Shown: positions 35,541-46,131, counted from the stretch's first letter. The stretch is 64,000 nt of DNA from Nitrosopumilus sp. (GCA_965204345.1 OZ241981.1:1-64000); one strand, 5' to 3'. Notes: generated by a model not told the origin, from the sequence alone. Numbers and translations are program-made.

Positions 35541-36538
35541 TAGGATCAGAGCTTATCTTTATTTCAGACTTGATGGCCATATTTGCCATTTATTTAATAA
35601 TCAACCTGTCACTGAATCTGGAGTTTGGCTTTGCAGGCGTTCCAAACTTTGGCAAAGTTCTATCAGTTGCAGCAGGCGCCTTTGTTGTGGGAATAATTCC
35701 AATCCATCTGTATGGCATCATACTGGACTTAGACGGTGATTACATTCATGATAACCTTAGCGTAATCCAACAGATTAATGACCATTTAGCTGTACATCCG
35801 GAGCTGGGATTTCTGATATTTGGCATTACTATAGTCATTGCAATTATTACCGGCGCAATACTGGGCCTGGTATCCTCGTACCCTGCAATACGACTGCGCG
35901 GTGATTATCTGGCAATTACCCTGCTTGCATTTGGTGAGATTATTAGAATTATTGGCATTAACCACACTGACCTGGTTGGCGGAACACTTGGCGTGTCAAT
36001 ACCTGACGTGCTATCATTTGTGCCAAACGAATACAGATTTTTGGTAATATCCTTTATGCTGCTGGGATTTGCAGGAATTGTCTATCTCCTGGTATCCCGA
36101 TTTACAAATGCGCCAGTAGGCAGACTGCTTCGTGCAATGAAGCACGATGAGGTTGCAGTCCAATCACTGGGACGTGACACAACACAGATCAAAATCAAGA
36201 TACTGATGTTTGGCGGTATGATTGGCGCGCTGGGAGGGTTACTGTACGCATCATATGTTGAGAGCGTGGTGGCATTTGGCTATACTCGGCTGAACTGGAC
36301 ATTTTTGCCTTTTGTGATGGTCATAGTTGGCGGCATGGCAAACAACAAGGGCGTGCTAGTTGGCACACTGCTTTTTGTTGTGATTAGAAAGCTGGTAATT
36401 TATTACAATGATTCGCTGGATGGATACCTGCCTTTTGACATAATATGGCTTGACTATCTGCTGTTGGGTGGCATTATGATTGCGGTGCTCTTGTTTAGGC
36501 CAAACGGGATAATACCTGAAAAACCAAAACAAGTCTGA
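35537..36538 (+). CDS. livM: BCAA ABC transporter permease
   Basis: SLNL..G..G..NFG, RLRGDYLAITLLAFGEI, GR.LRA...DE.A..SLG, RPNGI. Confidence 0.9.
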   Translation: MIGSELIFISDLMAIFAIYLIINLSLNLEFGFAGVPNFGKVLSVAAGAFVVGIIPIHLYGIILDLDGDYIHDNLSVIQQINDHLAVHPELGFLIFGITIVIAIITGAILGLVSSYPAIRLRGDYLAITLLAFGEIIRIIGINHTDLVGGTLGVSIPDVLSFVPNEYRFLVISFMLLGFAGIVYLLVSRFTNAPVGRLLRAMKHDEVAVQSLGRDTTQIKIKILMFGGMIGALGGLLYASYVESVVAFGYTRLNWTFLPFVMVIVGGMANNKGVLVGTLLFVVIRKLVIYYNDSLDGYLPFDIIWLDYLLLGGIMIAVLLFRPNGIIPEKPKQV

Positions 36539-36647
36539 TTGAAATAGCTCTTTTAATCAGGATGTTTTATTATGCATGTTGGTGATTCCTTTACCTGTGA
36601 ACGCAAATGCGATTATGCATCCTAAATATTATGAGAAGGACAAAATG

Positions 36648-36935
36648 CTATGGTTCCATTGACTTTGTTACCTCATCAACGGTTGCTATAGATTCCTCAA
36701 ATGACTCTTCTATTACTGTATCTGCCATTGTACCAACTCCCTCTGTAAAACCAGTTATTCCTGATAACAATCCAAAAGCTGTTCCTGCAACTGTGATCAG
36801 CAATGATGCAATTCCGACATATATCAGATACTTTGCCATGTCTGGATCATCTTTTCTAACTATGGCATAGGCAATTATACCGCCAATTATTCCTAGAAAA
36901 AGCGGTAATAGAAACCACCATGCCGAACGATTCAT
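36648..36935 (-). CDS. Small membrane protein
   Basis: WWFLLPLFLGIIGGIIAY....KDD plus a second TM helix. Confidence 0.7.
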   Translation of the reverse strand: MNRSAWWFLLPLFLGIIGGIIAYAIVRKDDPDMAKYLIYVGIASLLITVAGTAFGLLSGITGFTEGVGTMADTVIEESFEESIATVDEVTKSMEP

Positions 36936-37573
36936 TAATTATGTATAATCGACTAGTATAACTTTCTTTAAGCCGTTCAATTTTGACAATTTTATTAATT
37001 TTATTACATGTTGTCCGGCTGTAGTGAGTTTGGAGGTTCAAAATCAGAATGCAGAAAACATGGTGGACTCGTATGTTCAAAGAATAAAAAAAATTAGAGA
37101 ATACAGTTGGGGCATTTTAGATCAAATCCCAAAAAAACTTTTGGAATCCAACGACAGTCTGTCTTGTTGCCCCATCCAACACGTCATCAAGTTAAGAACA
37201 ATTATTTTGTAATCTAAAAAATGGATGACTTGATACCTGCTAGTCTCGGGCAGTTTCTGGATTTTGGGGTTTGCATTAATGTCAGTTATTTTAATTGCAG
37301 ACGATGATGATGATGTTGTATCTAAGGCAATGTGCAAAAACAAATTCTCAGCATCCCAAAAAACTCTAAAAATTAATTAAAAAACAACAACTATACTGTT
37401 CAATCTTAGAGACTTTTCAACAGGGAGTTAAATAGGGACTTTATGTGTGAATTTTTCGTGTGTGTTTTTCATATTTATTCTCAAAAATTAATTTGGCATA
37501 TTCATTGCCTTTGGAAAACAACAAAGCATTTGATAGCACTTCTAATATAGTATCCCAAAAAATCAACAAACCG

Positions 37574-38848
37574 ATGCGGATTCTGCTTGCCATATCCATT
37601 GTATCACTTTTTGGAGTTGCTAATGCATATGCTGAGATTGCCTCTCCATATGAGCAGCTAAAATCCGATGTTCCACTATATGAAATCCAGTGTGAGTATC
37701 AAAAGACTCTGTTGGAATCTCCTAGGAACAACAAGCCTGTATGTGTGAAAAGTGATACGGCAGACATACTGGTAGAGCGCGGTTGGTTCATGATAAAAAT
37801 ATTTGATGAGCTGCCATCTGCTGAGCCATCACCTGATACAACTCTGTCTGTAGCGACCACTAGCAACCAGACAGAAAGCAACTCAGATGCTGTCTCTGAT
37901 CCTGTACCGACAGAGACATACTATCCTCACCTAGAAAACCAGTATCTTGTTTTAAATGGTAGTCGTGGCGGTATAGATCTATCTGGAATCAAACCACTTC
38001 CTGAAGGTGTCTACCTTCCCACAACCATAGAAAACTATGAGCGTATCATGCAGAAAATACTTGATGGCATAGACGACAAACTAATACTTCCAAATTCTGA
38101 AGGTCCGAGATATGACTATGCTCTTGACCTCATTCCAGGATATCCTGAAATAGGATCGAAACTGAACTATACATACTATACAGAAAAAGGAAACATTATC
38201 AGGCCAGACGGCGCTACTAAAATAGAGCTGATAATATTAGAACCTGATGAAATATTCAGGTCAGATTATTTGGATAAAAAATGGGACGAATATGACTCCC
38301 TTGACCAAAAGAATGAGCTTGCATTTGCCAAAAGTCTAACGGCAGGTCCAGAAAAATTCATACAAAACTTTGTAGAAAAATCGGGACTGCCAAAGATAGT
38401 AAAGATGCAACATGATTTTGACAGTTCATGGATAATTCTTGAACATGGTGAAATAAGAATGCGAATGCAATGGGATAATGTGTACCTGTATTTTACATAT
38501 AAGGAAAACCCTGACTTTTTCCCGTTGGGAAAAAATATGATGCGTCAACTAATGCATCAGTTTGCTATTGATAATGCACACGTAATAGATCGAGAATGGT
38601 GTGATGACCTTGTCATATACGATAGCAAGGATGATGTCAAAAAAATTGGAGTTAGCTACTTCCAAGCAGGGATTCCAATATGGGATGCAGCTGTGGGAAC
38701 ATGTGATCCAATTTTGAATCGTTCTGCAGATGTCGTATATCTTCACATGGAGGGTATTACAGGAGAGATCGGCTGGTTTGAGGAGGGGCATACAGAAGAC
38801 TGGATTGACAAGATAAACATTCCAGAACATGCCAAGGTAAGAAGATAA
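37574..38848 (+). CDS. Secreted hypothetical protein with thaumarchaeal SP..Q...EIQC...P.CVK..TA..L.ERGW N-terminal module
   Basis: Signal peptide from ATG 37574 (MRILLAISIVSLFGVANAYA); intact ORF. Confidence 0.75.
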   Translation: MRILLAISIVSLFGVANAYAEIASPYEQLKSDVPLYEIQCEYQKTLLESPRNNKPVCVKSDTADILVERGWFMIKIFDELPSAEPSPDTTLSVATTSNQTESNSDAVSDPVPTETYYPHLENQYLVLNGSRGGIDLSGIKPLPEGVYLPTTIENYERIMQKILDGIDDKLILPNSEGPRYDYALDLIPGYPEIGSKLNYTYYTEKGNIIRPDGATKIELIILEPDEIFRSDYLDKKWDEYDSLDQKNELAFAKSLTAGPEKFIQNFVEKSGLPKIVKMQHDFDSSWIILEHGEIRMRMQWDNVYLYFTYKENPDFFPLGKNMMRQLMHQFAIDNAHVIDREWCDDLVIYDSKDDVKKIGVSYFQAGIPIWDAAVGTCDPILNRSADVVYLHMEGITGEIGWFEEGHTEDWIDKINIPEHAKVRR

Positions 38849-39387
38849 AACAGATATGAAATTGTCACTACACCTCAAAAAGCAAAGCTTGGCCATCCAT
38901 ATATGACCAAAAACAGGTTCTCAGGATGCACATTTTGATATACTGACCCTTTTGGATCAGGTGTAATGGCTAATTTGCTTGCTCTGTTACTAGCAATCTT
39001 TGCAAACTCTATGTCACGTATTCTTAACGGCGTCTTGAAAAGCGTTTAAGATTGAACAGCGTAAAACAAAAACAAAGGATTCTGTCTTATCAGTATGTTT
39101 CTAGATACAGTGATTTGATAATTAAAAAAACAGAAGAAAGAAAAAGAAAAAGAAGAAAAAATCCAGAATGAAATCTCAAATGCTTCTCTATTAACACAAC
39201 TCACAAAAAAGAAAAACCTGTGCGCCACTTGAAAAGAAAAGAAAAAATTGAATCTCAAATTAAAATCAAAAACTAAAAGACAAGCAACAAAAATTCAAAA
39301 AAAAAACAGATTGCCAAAAAAGATAAAAAACTAAAACTTGTCTGGCTCCAAAAATCCCCTAAAAAACCGCTAAATAGCCTGAAAATA

Positions 39388-40008
39388 TTATTCTAGCTTG
39401 ATGGTAATCTCCTCGCCATTTCCTATCGGGGATGTGGTGGTCTGCAATTTTGGGTTTTTCCTTAAATGATCTGATAACCTCCTCATCTCCTTTCTGTATT
39501 TTTCTGGATATATCATGTTGTCTGTGATGATTATTCCCCCGACAGAGACCATGGGCAGTACCATGTCAAAATACTTTATGACATTTTCCTTGTCTGCGTC
39601 AATTAGGACAAAATCAAAAAACTCCTCGAATTCTTTTTTTGATTTTAACTCTTCTAGTACGTTTGCAGCTATTCCCTCTTTGACTGTGACTGTTTTGCCA
39701 ATACCGGCATTTTGAAAATTCTCCCTTGCTCTTTTGATCTTATTTGGATTCTGCTCAATTGTGATAATTTTGCCTGCCTGCTCAGATATTGCCTCTGCAC
39801 ACCATATTGTGGAATATCCTGTGGACATTCCAATCTCAAGCATATTTTTTGCGTTCTTTAAGCGCAAAATCATGTTTAGCATTTCGCCTGTATCCCTTGT
39901 GATTGCAAGCATTCTGTCCTCTGGCAAAACATCCACTCTTCTTGTTTTTTCAAGGTTGGACTGTATGTCCAATTCCTTCAGTACTTTGAATATGGATTCT
40001 TTCATCAA
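39388..40008 (-). CDS. O-methyltransferase (COMT/YrrM-like)
   Basis: LEIGMSTGYS, FDFVLIDADK, GGIIITDN. Confidence 0.9.
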   Translation of the reverse strand: MMKESIFKVLKELDIQSNLEKTRRVDVLPEDRMLAITRDTGEMLNMILRLKNAKNMLEIGMSTGYSTIWCAEAISEQAGKIITIEQNPNKIKRARENFQNAGIGKTVTVKEGIAANVLEELKSKKEFEEFFDFVLIDADKENVIKYFDMVLPMVSVGGIIITDNMIYPEKYRKEMRRLSDHLRKNPKLQTTTSPIGNGEEITIKLE

Positions 40009-40092
40009 CTCTGATTCTTTTACAGAAATTTAACCTTGTCCTGATGAGGCGTTTTAAAAATATTTGATAGCTTATATTTAGTAAATATTTTT

Positions 40093-40485
40093 TTGAATTC
40101 AGGGATGACAACAAAGAAAAAGGCTGATCTATTGGACATAGTTCAGAAAATTCTCAAGTTGGACACCAAAATGAGATTTGCAGCCATAATTGATCCAAAG
40201 GGAAAGATCCGGGAAGCTATAATGAAAACGGGCAAAACCAATCTGAAATCCCAAAAGGAAGAAGAACATTTCTGTAAACAGGTCGCACAGAGAAGATCAA
40301 TGAGAAAAGAATTTGACAGGTCTCTTGGCAAAGTCAGATACGTTCATGTTGAGCGAGAAAAAGTCTCTCAAATGGTAATTTACACCAGACGAAATATTGT
40401 TTATTTCACTATGGAGCCTGAAATGCCAATTAATACCAAGATCAGGTTAATCACCAAAATCAAAAGAATCACTGCTGACCTCTAG
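40093..40485 (+). CDS. Roadblock-like (DUF6659-type) protein
   Basis: ILKLD.KMRFAAII...G...; R.EFD.SLG.V.Y....REK. Confidence 0.75.
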   Translation: MNSGMTTKKKADLLDIVQKILKLDTKMRFAAIIDPKGKIREAIMKTGKTNLKSQKEEEHFCKQVAQRRSMRKEFDRSLGKVRYVHVEREKVSQMVIYTRRNIVYFTMEPEMPINTKIRLITKIKRITADL

Positions 40486-40514
40486 CAGTCCTTTTAAGAC
40501 CGCTTCTTGAACTC

Positions 40515-40868
40515 ATGGCCCTAAAAAAATATCTTGGTGATTCTAAAATGTTTGAATATGGCAAGCATTACCGCGAATGTCAGCAGCAAAACAGACCCTT
40601 TATCAAGGCCAAAACCAATCCTGCACATGGAAATTATTTTGTCCAGATGGATCTGATGACTTGCAACTATGAACTGTCTGAGCAGGAGCAAGATCAGATT
40701 GCAAAATTAATTCTAGATGAAATAAAGTACGTACAGGCAAAATCAAAACTGCCATTTAACGGATTTAACATAGATAAGGAAGTTGCGTGGTTTGATGGCG
40801 TATCCTCTAATCATGTGGAGACTTTTTGTACGTCCCTTTATGACCTGACCCAAAAATATCACTCTTAG
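40515..40868 (+). CDS. Hypothetical protein
   Basis: 117-aa ORF, tightly packed with neighbours. Confidence 0.7.
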   Translation: MALKKYLGDSKMFEYGKHYRECQQQNRPFIKAKTNPAHGNYFVQMDLMTCNYELSEQEQDQIAKLILDEIKYVQAKSKLPFNGFNIDKEVAWFDGVSSNHVETFCTSLYDLTQKYHS

Positions 40869-41071
40869 AACCGTATCAAATTTTTCAAAATTTTGTCTAT
40901 TGCCTGTACCTCTTGCCTTCTTTCCTTGATTGTGGCCTTGTTCCATTCTTTGGCAAATTCTGATTGTTGATCTAGCTTCTCTAGTTCTGTTATGTGCTTT
41001 ACAAGATGAATTTTGTAGCCATGAAGCAAGTCTAGATGCTTGTTGTGATTTTTTTCAGCTGGTGTTGCCAT
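40865..41071 (-). CDS. Small coiled-coil hypothetical protein
   Basis: 68-aa ORF overlapping upstream gene end. Confidence 0.65.
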   Translation of the reverse strand: MATPAEKNHNKHLDLLHGYKIHLVKHITELEKLDQQSEFAKEWNKATIKERRQEVQAIDKILKNLIRF

Positions 41072-41288
41072 CCCATTCCTCTCCTTTTACATCCGGAAAT
41101 AACTCTCTTATTCTTTTCTTGTCTTTTTCCATGGCCTCTATTCTGTTATCTAAATGACTCTTAATTGCAGGCTCTGACTCTAGGTTTTTTTCATTTTGAA
41201 TTTCTGCAATCATTTTACAAAGTGATCTGTAGTATGAGATGTGGTTCTGTTTTGACTCTTTTGACGTGTCTTCTTTTTTAACATCCAA
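41055..41288 (-). CDS. Small coiled-coil hypothetical protein
   Basis: 77-aa charged helical ORF. Confidence 0.65.
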   Translation of the reverse strand: MDVKKEDTSKESKQNHISYYRSLCKMIAEIQNEKNLESEPAIKSHLDNRIEAMEKDKKRIRELFPDVKGEEWDGNTS

Positions 41289-41374
41289 TGTATTTTATGA
41301 TTTAATAGAAAATAAGAACCTGATCATTCTCTCCAAGATACAAGCATAAATACCTTAAAAAAATGAATTATCTG

Positions 41375-41668
41375 ATGAAAAATGTACTCATCGATCAAAA
41401 CTGTAAATGACTGGTAAATGAAAACAGCAAAAAATATCTGGAAAATTATGAGAAAGTCTTTCTAGTCGGGACCGACTTAAAACAAAGGGATCCTGATGAA
41501 TCACTTGCACTCTTTTGTAAAAATAATGATTGTGACCTGCTAACAGCAGATAATACTGCATATACCCATTTTTTTAGTGAAAAGGACATCCGGAATGTAC
41601 TACTGTCAGAATTTACTTATGAGGATAAGGCCGATAGGCCCATCTATCTGGTAAGGATTGCAGACTAG
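41375..41668 (+). pseudogene. PIN-like protein gene interrupted by in-frame TGA
   Basis: MKNVLIDQNCK*LVNE...DPDESLALFCKNNDCDLLTAD...; TGA at 41408-41410; otherwise open to TAG 41666-41668. Confidence 0.7.
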
Positions 41669-42237
41669 TTTACATTGTTTGAATCTATATGTGAAATTCT
41701 CAAGTTTGCCAAAATCTCATTGAGAAAGTCTTCTTCTTTTTGACCAGTTATGCTTTTCATAATTGATTCCCAACAGTCATCAATCTTCCTAGTTATCTGC
41801 GAGTACATTTTGTCCTTTCTAAATGCCGGATAATATGACAATAACTTCATGATTCCATCAGTTGACTGAATTATGTTTATCTGGTGAATGACTGTTCTTA
41901 GCCTTTGATGATAAGAGTATCCTTCTTCTTTGCTTATGATTTCAAAGCTGGCAATTTCCCCATAAATCATTTCAATTTCGCCATGAAGATTTTTTAATTG
42001 CGTGTTTACTGACTCTGACAAGTTGATTAATTCATACTCGATATGTGCCCTGCTGTGAACTTTTTTATCTATCTGGCCTGCCTCCACTAGTGCACTAATC
42101 TCTCTGTACACTGTTTTTTCACTGCCTACTTTTTTAATTACTCTTTTGGCCAGTTCAGTCCCCCGTATCTTTCCATTTTCATTTAATATTCGGATTATTT
42201 CGGTTTTGATTATTTCTGAATTTTTCTCCATTGGCAT
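41665..42237 (-). CDS. Winged-helix domain protein
   Basis: IIRILNENGKIRGTELAK....SEKTVYREI..LVEAG.I. Confidence 0.7.
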   Translation of the reverse strand: MPMEKNSEIIKTEIIRILNENGKIRGTELAKRVIKKVGSEKTVYREISALVEAGQIDKKVHSRAHIEYELINLSESVNTQLKNLHGEIEMIYGEIASFEIISKEEGYSYHQRLRTVIHQINIIQSTDGIMKLLSYYPAFRKDKMYSQITRKIDDCWESIMKSITGQKEEDFLNEILANLRISHIDSNNVN

Positions 42238-42238
42238 C

Positions 42239-42472
42239 CTACCCCTGATATTTCACTAGCACTGCCCTCTCATCTGTCTCATTGATCTCTTTTGCTAAAT
42301 TCTCCAAAATTTCTATTCCCTTTTTTATCGGTTCTTTTTCCAAATTTTTATGTTCCAATTTTTGTTTTAGCACCCTTTTTTCATTGTTTACAAAGCTTAA
42401 CAAAGTTACATCCCCTCCCATGTTGAGATTTGTAAAAAAGTCTATGTATTCTGCTGCTGATCTTATTGCCAT
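42239..42472 (-). CDS. Hypothetical protein
   Basis: 77-aa ORF co-oriented with the wHTH gene. Confidence 0.65.
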   Translation of the reverse strand: MAIRSAAEYIDFFTNLNMGGDVTLLSFVNNEKRVLKQKLEHKNLEKEPIKKGIEILENLAKEINETDERAVLVKYQG

Positions 42473-42549
42473 GTATTTTCTCCTTTATCCTAGTATTTGT
42501 TTGAAATGTCTCAAACTAGGTTTATTTAGAATTCTGATACACCATTCCT

Positions 42550-42801
42550 ATGGATAGCTGTGACAGGCGTGTTCGAGCCTATAAAAATGGAAAAACCTTT
42601 GCCCAATGCCGTGATACTGCAGAATCCATGAACCCTGACTTTAAAAAACAAATTGAGGATAACGGCAGGGTCCTGTGGAGTGAAATTTTAGAGAGGGCAG
42701 GTCATGATGAGATAGTCTATAAACTGACCCTGAAATTTTTACGGCGTGACGGATATGACATTGGCAATCATAAAATCCCCGAAGTCAAAAAATTCATTTA
42801 G
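42550..42801 (+). CDS. Hypothetical protein
   Basis: 83-aa ORF divergent from previous gene. Confidence 0.65.
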   Translation: MDSCDRRVRAYKNGKTFAQCRDTAESMNPDFKKQIEDNGRVLWSEILERAGHDEIVYKLTLKFLRRDGYDIGNHKIPEVKKFI

Positions 42802-43627
42802 ACGAAGGGTTTACCTTGCAGCTTCCGTCTGAGTTTCTTAATTTTTTTGCCATTATGTATGGGGTAATCACTAGGACTGGAATTGAAACTGCAATAAACA
42901 GTGTCTGGAGCTGTGCTAGCGCAACTGATAATGCGATTCCGCTTGCCGTTCCTACAAATATTGACAAAAATGTACCTGCACAAGTTGGACATGCTATGAA
43001 CATTCCTGCTGCCGCACCCACCGTACTTGCACCTCTCTCCTTTTTAGACATTGCATATGCGCTTATTGCAATTGAGGCATTTAATCCCACTAAATATGAC
43101 ACAATAATTTGCAGTACCAGGTTTATTGGTATTATTTGCAATCCTACATGCTCTGTCAGATAGATGATTATCTTTGGCATGTATCCTGGTCCGTCACAGC
43201 ATGGCGCAACAAATCCTGACGGAATGGCTGCCCCATAATGTATTGCAAAGTTGACCTCCGGCTGATAAACCAATGTTCCTGAGACAAGCGAAAAGAATAT
43301 CCCATATCCGACAAATGTTGCAACAAAAATTCTGCGGGATTTTGTATTCCATGTCGCAAGTGCAATTATTGACAAAAGATCCCTTCTGCCTGCCTCTACT
43401 TTTTCTCTGTGGTACTTGTACATTCCAAACGCAATGGCTCCAAAGGAGGCTGCCAGTGTAATGTAAAACCCATATGCTATTCTTTGAACTGAATCAATCA
43501 CACCCGGAGTCAGCAATTCAGGATCCTGATATCTGCCATACATCAAAAACAAGATGGCAATCGTTGCAAATCCTACCGTGATCAGCTTTTTTCCCTTGTT
43601 GGATTTTTTGCCAGTCTGTTCCTCCAT
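42794..43627 (-). CDS. Multi-pass membrane protein with CC and CPTC motifs
   Basis: About 6 TM segments; APCCD, IACPTCAG. Confidence 0.75.
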   Translation of the reverse strand: MEEQTGKKSNKGKKLITVGFATIAILFLMYGRYQDPELLTPGVIDSVQRIAYGFYITLAASFGAIAFGMYKYHREKVEAGRRDLLSIIALATWNTKSRRIFVATFVGYGIFFSLVSGTLVYQPEVNFAIHYGAAIPSGFVAPCCDGPGYMPKIIIYLTEHVGLQIIPINLVLQIIVSYLVGLNASIAISAYAMSKKERGASTVGAAAGMFIACPTCAGTFLSIFVGTASGIALSVALAQLQTLFIAVSIPVLVITPYIMAKKLRNSDGSCKVNPSSK

Positions 43628-43662
43628 TCTTCTTATTTTTCACTGTGAAATTAAATCCTATC

Positions 43663-45477
43663 TTAGCTCAGTCTAGGCACAAAGATGTAGATTATGGCAA
43701 TTATCTCCAGCCTTCCAAATATCATCAGAAAGCTTAGAACGATCTTTGTTGCAGGATCTGTGTCAAAATTGATTATTCCTGCAGAAAGTCCTCCCGTGGT
43801 TATTACCCCTACTGATTCAAAAAATGCATCCTGGAACGGCACGTTCTCTATTTCTGCAAGATGCAGTCCTGACACTGCTGAGATTGATGGGAACAATGCA
43901 AGAATGATGAGTGTGGATATTAGCTCCTTTTTGGATTGCTCTGATAGCTTTGCCCTTTTTGCTTTGCTTAGCAATGCCGGAATGTCCCTTAGATGGAACA
44001 GTCTGAATATTTTCAAGCCTCCGGCAGTTGAAAAACCGCAACCCCCCACAAACATTAGTATTATCAGGACAGCATGTGCTCCTCCGTTTAATCCTGCAAG
44101 GCTTTCTTGCTGTAATCCTGCCGTGGTACTTGCAGATACTGAATAAAACGCACTCTGCATTGGATCCAGTCCGCTTAGCCCCATAAACAGAACAATTGCA
44201 CTGCTGAGAATCGCAAAATACGCCAGTACTTCTTTTCCAAGTTTTGGCGAAAGGAATTTTTTTCTTACAAACGCATAATGGAATGTAAATGGCAGTGCCC
44301 CTAGTATCATTGCCCCCATTAGGATTATGTGTTCCTGCCATAACAGCCCGTCAAGAATTGTGGATGTGGGCTTGAATCCGCCTGTCGCAAGTGTGCTCAT
44401 GGCCAGTGAAAAATTATCAATTATGCTTCCCTCATTAAAGATGTATAGCAGCAATGCAACAATCACAATGTAAATTGCAAAAATGACCGTAATGGTCAGG
44501 AAGAGCTCTTTCATATGCAGGGTTCTTCCTGATATAAAGCCCCTCATGGACTGCAGTTTTGATTCTGGATAGAACGCTGTAATTACCAGATAGATGAAAC
44601 TCATTCCTCCTACAAGCTGCGTATAGCTGCGAAAGAACGTGAAGCTTTGTGTTAGTTCTTCTGGCTTGTCAAAGAGGGATATGCCTCCTGTTGTAAATCC
44701 TGCGGCACTAGAAAAGAACGCATTTGCAAACACTTCCACATTGGTTTCATCACTGGGAAACACGTACAGATACGGCACCGTTCCAAACAGTGAGAGCAAA
44801 AACAGGCTTGAAAAGACCAGAATTGATGCCTGCTGCAGGTTTAGGCTTGATTTTTCACCATAAGAATTCAAAAAGAATCCTGTTACTAGCAAAAGCACCG
44901 TGGTGAGGTAAATTCCTGTCGCAGTTAATGGATCCTCTAGGACTGTCGCAACAATTGCAGGAACAAGCAGCAACACTCCTGCAAACTGCAAAACAAAGCC
45001 CAGGTTTCCCAAAATTGTCTTTACCGGCGGACTCAAAAGCCGAGGCGGAGTTGCAGTGGCATCCCTGATTACATTTGCAATAGTTGTTTGATAAACCATG
45101 CCAACGACCTGGTTTTTCTTTGATAATACCGGAAGCTTTCTGATGTTGTTATCTCGCATTTTGTGCAACGCTTCCTGCAATGTTGTTTTTTCACCAACTG
45201 TGATAAGCGGCGCACTCATCACATCCTTTAGCGTTGTGACCTCTGCGTAAACTGTAACATCGCTAACCTTGCTTAAAATGTCTTCATCTGTGACAATTCC
45301 AACCGGATTCCTTTCTTTGTCTGTAACAATTATGTCGTCTGTCTCATAGTGGCGCAGCATTCTGGCCGCTTCACTGGTTTGCGTATCTGAATTTAGGATC
45401 AAGACATCCTTGTCCATATAGTTTGTAACGTACTTGCTTAGGACATATGATACTGCCCGTTCCGGATTTGTTGACAT
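43663..45477 (-). CDS. trkH: TrkH-type K+ transporter with N-terminal tandem CBS domains
   Basis: CBS pair (PVGIVTDEDI, IRKLPV); pore loops FTTGG, LATGG, STTAG, ITTGG; GG.G.STAGGLK; GRLEI. Confidence 0.85.
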   Translation of the reverse strand: MSTNPERAVSYVLSKYVTNYMDKDVLILNSDTQTSEAARMLRHYETDDIIVTDKERNPVGIVTDEDILSKVSDVTVYAEVTTLKDVMSAPLITVGEKTTLQEALHKMRDNNIRKLPVLSKKNQVVGMVYQTTIANVIRDATATPPRLLSPPVKTILGNLGFVLQFAGVLLLVPAIVATVLEDPLTATGIYLTTVLLLVTGFFLNSYGEKSSLNLQQASILVFSSLFLLSLFGTVPYLYVFPSDETNVEVFANAFFSSAAGFTTGGISLFDKPEELTQSFTFFRSYTQLVGGMSFIYLVITAFYPESKLQSMRGFISGRTLHMKELFLTITVIFAIYIVIVALLLYIFNEGSIIDNFSLAMSTLATGGFKPTSTILDGLLWQEHIILMGAMILGALPFTFHYAFVRKKFLSPKLGKEVLAYFAILSSAIVLFMGLSGLDPMQSAFYSVSASTTAGLQQESLAGLNGGAHAVLIILMFVGGCGFSTAGGLKIFRLFHLRDIPALLSKAKRAKLSEQSKKELISTLIILALFPSISAVSGLHLAEIENVPFQDAFFESVGVITTGGLSAGIINFDTDPATKIVLSFLMIFGRLEIIAIIYIFVPRLS

Positions 45478-45619
45478 TAAGCTATCCTTAGTTGGGGATT
45501 TTAAATAATTTGGGATTACTCGATAGTCTTGATCGTTAAAAAATAGTTAACCTACTTGATTTTGATCTCGCCTTTTTGCTATCTTTATAAGCATTAAATG
45601 CAAAGCTTAAGCGTATACA

Positions 45620-46045
45620 ATGGAAATTGATCAAGCACAAGAGCCTGATTACGAGTCTGTAAAGATTGACTATATTGGGTTTGTTGATCCATACGCTGTA
45701 GAAGGCATGGTTATTCTAAGGTCTGATAATGACAAAGAATTCCACATGCGCGCTTTCTCTGGGGAGGTTGCAAAGCATATCTCAAGTTTTGATGAGCCTG
45801 ATGGCGGGGCTGCCCCCTCTATCTACAAAATGATTGAAGAAATTTGTGAAGAAAACGAGCTGGTTTTAGTTAAAGTAAAAATTTATGAGAGTGGCCAGGT
45901 TCTACGCGCAAACCTCTACTTTACAGGCAAAAAAGACCTTGTTTTGAGAAATTATCGTGCATCTGATGCCATGGCATTGGGTGCGTTTTACAAAATTCCA
46001 ATACTTGTCCGAAAAAATCTGCTAAAAGAAAGCGTGGAAGCATAG
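45620..46045 (+). CDS. Bifunctional nuclease (DUF151) family protein
   Basis: VKI......LRANLY....R.SDA.AL.....PI. Confidence 0.75.
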   Translation: MEIDQAQEPDYESVKIDYIGFVDPYAVEGMVILRSDNDKEFHMRAFSGEVAKHISSFDEPDGGAAPSIYKMIEEICEENELVLVKVKIYESGQVLRANLYFTGKKDLVLRNYRASDAMALGAFYKIPILVRKNLLKESVEA

Positions 46046-46131
46046 TCTTTACATGTTTTATAATCAGATGGTTTTTTTCAGTTTTTTGGCAGTGTGCCCT
46101 AAATGAGCAAGAACCTCTTGTGAGTTAGAAA

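Noticed and set aside
8300-39380. Integrative element or prophage
   Set aside because: No integrase, transposase, att-like direct repeat or viral genes recognised; treated as a variable region only.
39046-39380. A-rich low-complexity stretch with a Phe-rich ORF
   Set aside because: Compositional artefact at the accessory/core boundary.
41408-41410. Selenocysteine codon
   Set aside because: No redox motif context or recognisable SECIS; nonsense mutation is simpler.
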